This document shows positions 57,731 through 64,000 of a stretch of DNA of 64,000 nucleotides, piece after piece. Both the position numbers and the translations under genes were made by a program. This stretch comes from Prevotella sp. (lineage in GTDB: Bacteria > Bacteroidota > Bacteroidia > Bacteroidales > Dysgonomonadaceae), in NCBI GenBank assembly GCA_031285625.1, contig JAITVV010000092.1:1-64000 (forward strand), in the 5' to 3' direction. Numbering within the stretch: the first letter of the stretch is position 1; every line of letters starts with the position of its first letter. The notes under the pieces were generated by a model. That model was not told where the DNA came from, searched no databases, and saw nothing but the letters and a program-made list of their open reading frames with translations.

Positions 57731-58138
57731 TTGAGAGTGCGATCAGTAAGAAAGAACTAAGCCTGGGGCTTATCACTGTATTTTTTACTATGGATACTCT
57801 TTCTTAATATTCCGTTTATAAATATTTCGATCCCGATTATTTATTATATAGTTATTATTGCTACCGTCATTATTCTGCTATATGTGCCTTATATATTTGC
57901 TATTAAATATCATAAAGGTTTAGAATATACATCATCAGGCAGATTAACAGGATTAGGCACAAGTTTATTCTTCCCTGGCTTGATGTACTTACTTACGTTA
58001 TGTGGGTCAATAATAGAAAAAGGATCGAATAAAAACTATTACGGACTGGAACTATCTGAACAGATATTCCTTTCAATCTCATTAGCTGGAATATTCTTTG
58101 GTATAATATCTATCTATAACCTATTAAAACAGGAATAG
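57731..58138 (+). pseudogene. Interrupted membrane protein gene
   Basis: The hydrophobic reading frame extends upstream of 57884 to 57761. An in-frame TAA at 57758-57760 follows TTG/GTG starts at 57731/57737. Confidence 0.4.
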
Positions 58139-58168
58139 AAAAGTTCTGATCACGACTTTTTATAAAAA

Positions 58169-58213
58169 GTGACAAAAGTAACAGGTTTTTATATATTATT
58201 TCGCGTTACTTTT
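58169..58213. promoter_or_regulatory. Second copy of the GTGACWAAAGTAAC inverted-repeat motif
   Basis: GTGACAAAAGTAACAG (58169-58184) is the exact reverse complement of 22711-22726; partner half GTTACTTTT at 58205-58213. Confidence 0.55.
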
Positions 58214-58418
58214 TCTCATCTGTCTGTAATACTTAAAATTGTTTCATTATATCAAATATCTCTACATTAGATAATTTCCACAAAAAGATATAATGAATAA
58301 ATATTGCTGTTCTGATTTACAATAGTTATTAACATCTTGTTCAAAACTTAAATCTTTCTGATGCGTTATTTATTTTATCTTTGAATAAAATTAAGAGAGG
58401 GGGAACATAGATAAAAAA

Positions 58419-59936
58419 ATGGCAGATTCAAACAAGAACCAGGGAAGACGAAAACCAAAAGAAACAACATTAATCCCAGACATAGGAAAAATACAACCTC
58501 AGGCTCGAGAACTCGAAGAAGCAATACTCGGCGCCCTAATGCTAGAAAAAGATGCTTACTCGCTTGTCAGCGATATCCTGAAACCTGAAAGTTTCTACGA
58601 TAATATACATCAAACTATTTATAGGGCAATTGTAGATTTAGCTGTTCGTCAGGCACCGATCGATATGCTTACTGTGGTAGAGCAGTTAAAAAAAGATGGA
58701 GAACTAGAGGCTGTTGGTGGTCCTGTATATATAGCCCAGCTAACAGAGAAAGTTGCTTCTGCAGCACATATTGAATTCCATGCACGCATTATTGCACAAA
58801 AATACCTGGCACGGGAATTAATATCTTTTTCGTCACATGTTACCAATAAGGCTTTTGATGAAACATCAGATGTGGACGACCTCATGCAGGAAGCCGAAAG
58901 TAAGTTGTTTGAGATATCTCAGCGAAATGTAAAGAAAGATGTGACCCAGATAAATCCGGTTATCAAAGAAGCTTTGCATTTGCTCGAAATCGCAGCAAGC
59001 AGGGACGACGGTTTAAGTGGATTAGAGACAGGCTTCACACCCTTGGATAAGATTACCTCCGGATGGCAAAACTCTGACCTTGTGATTATTGCTGCCCGCC
59101 CCGCAATGGGTAAAACAGCATTTGTATTATCTATGGCTAAAAATATGGCTGTATCATACAAACACCCTGTTGCTCTTTTCTCTCTTGAGATGTCGAATGT
59201 ACAGTTAGTAAACCGTCTGATTGTAAATACTTGCGAGATTCCGGGTGAAAAAATCAAAAACGGGCAGCTACTACCATATGAGTGGGAACAGCTCGACTTC
59301 AAGATAAAAGAACTATACGACGCTCCATTATACATTGATGATACTCCCAGCTTATCTGTTTTTGAATTAAGAACCAAAGCCCGCAGGCTTGTCCGTGAGC
59401 ATGGAGTTAAAATAATTATTATCGACTACCTGCAGCTGATGAATGCCAGTGGTATGCAATATGGTAGCCGCGAACAGGAAGTAAGTATGATATCCCGTTC
59501 ACTAAAAGGTTTGGCAAAGGAATTGAATATACCGATTATCGCCCTATCGCAGCTCAATCGTGGTGTAGAAGGCCGTACAGGAGCTGAAGGCAAGCGTCCG
59601 CAGTTATCAGACTTACGTGAATCGGGTGCCATCGAACAGGATGCCGATATGGTTTGTTTCATTCACCGTCCCGAATATTACAAGATACTCGAAGATGACA
59701 AGGGTAACTCCCTGATAGGCTTAGCAGAAATAATTATAGCAAAACACCGTAATGGTGCCACCGGAGATGTCTTACTCCGCTTTAAAAGTGAATTTGCCCG
59801 TTTTCAGAATATTGATGACGATTACAACTTCGGCGCAGGCCAACAGTTCTCTTCCAAGATTAATAACGACCCCATCAGTTCCGCTCCAGAAGCACACCCT
59901 ATGCAAGGAGGAGGAAACGATTTTGTACCATTCTAA
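58419..59936 (+). CDS. dnaB: Replicative DNA helicase
   Basis: AARPAMGKT, FSLEM, IIDYLQL, LSQLNR, LRESGAIEQDAD, AKHRNG; no intein. TATCTTTG at 58376. Confidence 0.98.
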   Translation: MADSNKNQGRRKPKETTLIPDIGKIQPQARELEEAILGALMLEKDAYSLVSDILKPESFYDNIHQTIYRAIVDLAVRQAPIDMLTVVEQLKKDGELEAVGGPVYIAQLTEKVASAAHIEFHARIIAQKYLARELISFSSHVTNKAFDETSDVDDLMQEAESKLFEISQRNVKKDVTQINPVIKEALHLLEIAASRDDGLSGLETGFTPLDKITSGWQNSDLVIIAARPAMGKTAFVLSMAKNMAVSYKHPVALFSLEMSNVQLVNRLIVNTCEIPGEKIKNGQLLPYEWEQLDFKIKELYDAPLYIDDTPSLSVFELRTKARRLVREHGVKIIIIDYLQLMNASGMQYGSREQEVSMISRSLKGLAKELNIPIIALSQLNRGVEGRTGAEGKRPQLSDLRESGAIEQDADMVCFIHRPEYYKILEDDKGNSLIGLAEIIIAKHRNGATGDVLLRFKSEFARFQNIDDDYNFGAGQQFSSKINNDPISSAPEAHPMQGGGNDFVPF

Positions 59937-59938
59937 AA

Positions 59939-59967
59939 TTCTTTTCGGATTACAAATCCGAAAGAAT
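59939..59967 (+). terminator. Hairpin after dnaB
   Basis: TTCTTTTCGGAT-tacaa-ATCCGAAAGAA with a weak T tail. Confidence 0.45.
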
Positions 59968-60110
59968 AGAGTAAGTATGTGTACCTAACTAGTGTAAGTA
60001 TCTTGTCCGCGTTTATAAAAACCATTTTTGTTTTGCAGCACAGACTATAAACATATATGAGTAAGAATAATTACTATCTTTAAAACTTTACCATAAAAAC
60101 ACAAGTTATA

Positions 60111-60932
60111 ATGGACGCAAAACAATTATTCAGACTATATCAAAATAAATATCATTTGACAAACTGGTTAAATGAGAATGGTGAATTAGCCCAGAAAGAA
60201 GGTGATGTAAAATGGTCTTACTGCGGAGTTAGCAAAGATTTTAAAAGTGAAATTGTTAGTCAGGCAATAAACAATACTTTTACAGAGGATGAACTCTATT
60301 TGTGTATTTCTTCCAATAAAAGTTCATTGGTTTTAAAATCGATAGTTGTTGATGAAATTGGCAATATCCTACATAAAAAGGAAGTCGGTATAATGAATAA
60401 ATCGTGTACAACAATCCTGTTTTTTAGTCAATATGGAACATTTAAAAGCGGAATAATCAGAGAGTTTCCCGATAGTCGGCCAAGACCAACAGGAATTCCT
60501 TTAAAAGTAGCATTCCATGCAAACATGATAGAAAAAAGTACAAAGAAAGTTGCTGAAATCATTAGTAATCATTTTGGTAATCTTGAAATGGAGCTAAACA
60601 AGGATTATGGAGGGCCTATGGAACACCTCTGGATTGATGTAGAATTGGTTAGCAGTCATGATGCGTGGCCCTTTCGATTTCAGAAAAGAGTTAATAACCC
60701 AACTTCGTATACTGAATTTTACTCCTATAATGTAGGGCATTATAGTATTAAACCGAATTTTGAAAAGTTGAGAGAATTATCGTCCGATGAAGCAATTTGT
60801 TCATACGTATTTGGGTTGTTGTATGAATCTACCCAAATCTTAATTGATAAACAGAAAAAGCTAGAAGGATTTAATGCAACTGCATTTCGATTAGATTTCC
60901 TATCTGCTTGTAAGAATTGGGGTACTCTTTAG
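60111..60932 (+). CDS. Hypothetical protein; C-terminal half resembles polymorphic-toxin immunity proteins
   Basis: 273-aa ORF with LNKDYGG..EHLWIDVEL...KKLEGFNATAFRLDF pattern. Confidence 0.6.
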   Translation: MDAKQLFRLYQNKYHLTNWLNENGELAQKEGDVKWSYCGVSKDFKSEIVSQAINNTFTEDELYLCISSNKSSLVLKSIVVDEIGNILHKKEVGIMNKSCTTILFFSQYGTFKSGIIREFPDSRPRPTGIPLKVAFHANMIEKSTKKVAEIISNHFGNLEMELNKDYGGPMEHLWIDVELVSSHDAWPFRFQKRVNNPTSYTEFYSYNVGHYSIKPNFEKLRELSSDEAICSYVFGLLYESTQILIDKQKKLEGFNATAFRLDFLSACKNWGTL

Positions 60933-60965
60933 ATTCCTAAATATTATTACATTCACTATTATAAT

Positions 60966-61001
60966 AACAGAGGCTGATCAATCAAATGATCAGCCTCTGT
61001 T
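60966..61001. terminator. Perfect 15-bp inverted repeat between convergent genes
   Basis: AACAGAGGCTGATCA-atcaaa-TGATCAGCCTCTGTT. Confidence 0.75.
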
Positions 61002-61022
61002 CGAAAAGATAATATTTAAGTT

Positions 61023-63992
61023 TTATTTAGCCACGTCAACAACTTTATCTTGTTTTCTCTTCAGCATTGCCCAAGCAACAGGGGTTGCAACAAACAAAGA
61101 TGAATATGTACCGATAATGATACCAATAAAGATAGCAAATGTAAAGCTACGGATAGTATCACCTCCCAACAGGAAGATAATAAATACACCTAACAAGGTA
61201 CTCATAGCTGTATTTACTGTACGGCCTAATGTCGAGTTCAAAGCTTCATTTATAGTCTCTGTTACATTTCTCTTCGGATAAGTAGTTCTGATTTCACGAA
61301 TACGGTCAAAAATAACAACTTTATCATTGATAGAGTAACCTACTACTGTTAATATCGCAGCGATAAACGACTGGTCAATTTCCATTGAGAACGGCATGAT
61401 CTTATAAAGAATAGAATACAATAGGATTACAACAATAGCATCATGTGCCACAGCAACCAATGTACCTACCGAGAACGCCACATCGCGGAAACGAATCAAT
61501 ATATATAATCCCATACATAAGATAGCGAAAATAACCGCTATCGATGCAGATTGTTGTAAATCTTCAGCTACACTCGGTCCTACACGTTGAGAACTGATAA
61601 TATAGTTGTCAATTGTTGTACCAGGAGTAAGATCACTTTGCAGTGCTTTAGTCATCTTAGCTCTGATCTCAGCTTCTACATCATCTCCTGTCTCTTCTAC
61701 CTTGTAGTTAGTAGTAATACGTACCTGACTGGAAGTAGATGCCTGACTGGCAGAACCACTGGTCAATACAAGAACAGTTGATCCTTCAAATTCAGGTACT
61801 AATAATTTCTCAACTTCATCAGCATTTACATTTTTCTCAAAACGAACCAGATAGTTACGTCCTCCTGTAAAATCAATACCCCAGTTCAGGCTATTGATAA
61901 ACATTGAAGCAATACCGGCAACCGCAATAACAGCTGTAAGAATAAGAATTTTCTTTGTCAGACCCAGGAAGTCAATCTTGGTATTAACAAACAAGTTTTT
62001 AGTTATAGGAGTTGTAAAAGTCAGATTTCTGAATTTACCTCTGTTCAACATGAAATCGTAGAACAAACGGGTAAGGAATACTGCTGTAATAAATGAAGCA
62101 ACGATACCAATAATCAATGTGGTAGCAAAACCTTGTATAGCTCCGGTACCAAATATAATTAATATAGCCGCAGTAATTACAGAAGTTAAGTTGGCATCAA
62201 AGATAGCCGAAAATGCATGCTTATATCCATCCATTATAGCCACTTTAGTATTCTTTCCGGCACGTAATTCCTCTTTTGCACGTTCATAGATCAATACGTT
62301 TGCATCGACAGCCATACCCAGTGATAATACCAACCCGGTAATACCTGGTAAAGTCATTACAGCGCCAAATGATGCAAGAATACCCATCGTGAAGAACAGG
62401 TTAAGTAATAACGCACCATTTGCAATTAATCCAGGAATCACACCATATGCAAGACACATATATGCCATTACTATAATAAGGGCAAGAACGAATGATATCA
62501 TACCAGCCTGAATAGCTTCTTCTCCCAAAGAAGGCCCAACAATATCTTCCTGAACGATACTTACACCGGCTTTCATTTTACCTGACTTCAAGACATTTTC
62601 CAAGTCTTTTGCATCATCTACAGTAAATCGCCCTGTAATTTGAGAACGTCCCCCTTCAATTTTATTTTGCACATTCGGAGCAGAGTAAACAGATCCGTCA
62701 AGGACAATTGCAATGCTCTTACCTATTTCAGATTGTGTAATTGTAGCCCAACGCTGAGTTCCAGTAGAGTTCATTTGCATATCCACTTCCCATGCAGCAC
62801 TATGTTGTGACTGATCAGCTTTAGCTGAAACAACAACTTCTCCATCCAATGCTGCACCCTTCTTCAATCCGTCACCACGAAGAGAATATAGAGCAAACAA
62901 TGTTTCTCTTGGATCTTCAGCTTTAAAGCCCCAAGCAAATTTCAGATCGTTTGGATATAGATCCCTATATTTATATAAAATAGTATTTATTGCAGCTGTA
63001 TCATTCTTATTTACAAATCCGACTATAGATCCGCCAACAAATGTGTTAAATAAATCCCTGAAAGATTTATTAAAGCCTAACTTAGCCGGCACACTCGCTT
63101 TTAAAGAATCAACAACAGGAGTTCCTAAAGAATCGGCAGCAACAGTTGCAGAATTACCAACAGCAGCTAAAGCTTCTTTAGAGCGTTGATCTAAAGCCTC
63201 AATATAGCCTTGTATTTCCTGTAGGTTATAGGTTTTCCAAAATTCAAGATTTGCACTACCTTGTAATAGCTTTTTCACACGCTCAGGTTCTTTAATACCC
63301 GGCAATTCTATCATAATACGTTCTGCACGGTCTAACTTTTGAATATTTGGAGCAACAACCCCAAAACGGTCGATACGTGTACGAAGTACGTTGAACGAAT
63401 TATCAGCTATACTTTGTAATTCTGTTCTAAGAACACCTACTACTTTATTATCATCATCTGTTGGAGTAATCTGATCTCTCAATTTAGTTGTAAAAATAGG
63501 TGCCAGTTTATTATTCCCGTTATTAGCTTTGAACTTATCAACAAATATAGTGATATAGTCACGGTTACTACCTTTCCGGTTTTCATCCGAAGCTTGATTT
63601 AGAGCTGTAATAAATGCGTCATTATCTTCATCACCAAGTGAACGAAGTACAGCAGCAGCATCTACTTCCACGATAACACTCATACCACCTTTCAGGTCAA
63701 GTCCCAGTCCTATTTCTTTTTCGCGACATTCCTTAAGGGTATATCCTATACTGTCGTTTCTGATAGGCCAAACTTTCTCTGTAGACATTGAGTCCAGATA
63801 GCGATTGTATTCTTGATTGTACAACTCTTCGTACAATTGTTGATTGTCTTTTGCATGCTCCGAAGCATATGCAGTTGCAAATTTTTCTGCTTTACTTTCA
63901 TAACTTTTGGTTACAAATGTAAAAGACAAGTAAAATAAGCATACTACTGTAAGGAGTATGGCAAATGTCATTACAAAGCCTTTGTTTTGCAT
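61023..63992 (-). CDS. secDF: Protein translocase subunit SecDF (fused)
   Basis: LGLDLKGG, RIDRFGV, VGPSLG, GMAVDANVLIYER, GIDFTGG, GYSINDKVVIFDRIRE. Confidence 0.98.
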   Translation of the reverse strand: MQNKGFVMTFAILLTVVCLFYLSFTFVTKSYESKAEKFATAYASEHAKDNQQLYEELYNQEYNRYLDSMSTEKVWPIRNDSIGYTLKECREKEIGLGLDLKGGMSVIVEVDAAAVLRSLGDEDNDAFITALNQASDENRKGSNRDYITIFVDKFKANNGNNKLAPIFTTKLRDQITPTDDDNKVVGVLRTELQSIADNSFNVLRTRIDRFGVVAPNIQKLDRAERIMIELPGIKEPERVKKLLQGSANLEFWKTYNLQEIQGYIEALDQRSKEALAAVGNSATVAADSLGTPVVDSLKASVPAKLGFNKSFRDLFNTFVGGSIVGFVNKNDTAAINTILYKYRDLYPNDLKFAWGFKAEDPRETLFALYSLRGDGLKKGAALDGEVVVSAKADQSQHSAAWEVDMQMNSTGTQRWATITQSEIGKSIAIVLDGSVYSAPNVQNKIEGGRSQITGRFTVDDAKDLENVLKSGKMKAGVSIVQEDIVGPSLGEEAIQAGMISFVLALIIVMAYMCLAYGVIPGLIANGALLLNLFFTMGILASFGAVMTLPGITGLVLSLGMAVDANVLIYERAKEELRAGKNTKVAIMDGYKHAFSAIFDANLTSVITAAILIIFGTGAIQGFATTLIIGIVASFITAVFLTRLFYDFMLNRGKFRNLTFTTPITKNLFVNTKIDFLGLTKKILILTAVIAVAGIASMFINSLNWGIDFTGGRNYLVRFEKNVNADEVEKLLVPEFEGSTVLVLTSGSASQASTSSQVRITTNYKVEETGDDVEAEIRAKMTKALQSDLTPGTTIDNYIISSQRVGPSVAEDLQQSASIAVIFAILCMGLYILIRFRDVAFSVGTLVAVAHDAIVVILLYSILYKIMPFSMEIDQSFIAAILTVVGYSINDKVVIFDRIREIRTTYPKRNVTETINEALNSTLGRTVNTAMSTLLGVFIIFLLGGDTIRSFTFAIFIGIIIGTYSSLFVATPVAWAMLKRKQDKVVDVAK

Positions 63993-64000
63993 TTTGGATT

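Overview
Bacteroidales chromosome segment; gene content and TAnnTTTG promoters suggest a Dysgonomonas-like organism (inference). The first ~1.9 kb is the end of a probable prophage or integrative element: a BspA-like LRR C-terminal cap, a small phage-type gene and a tyrosine integrase abutting the 3' end of an initiator tRNA-Met. The rest is mostly core genome: MarR-RND efflux operon, trxA-dnaE, acyl-CoA ligase-hemW, ECF sigma/FecR locus, TonB receptor, flippase-S46 peptidase, RDD/SpoIIM/DUF4129/DUF4350/MoxR/DUF58 cluster, radical SAM/lipoprotein pair, glycogen-type GH133/GT4/GH57 cluster, lgt-fprA, tsaD, gldB-like gene, dnaB and secDF. Single AT-rich accessory genes or fragments sit between them. 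Best leads: (1) a rSAM-SPASM enzyme next to a lipoprotein with an exposed EYG motif (possible protein splicease system); (2) an ECF/FecR/STN signalling cassette whose transducer has no TonB barrel; (3) a chain of start-stop-coupled mini-ORFs leading into a Cys-rich gene; (4) a 16-bp operator-like inverted-repeat motif shared by two distant intergenic regions; (5) apparent loss of catalytic residues in both hydrolases of the glycogen cluster. All family calls come from motif recognition by eye, not from database searches.
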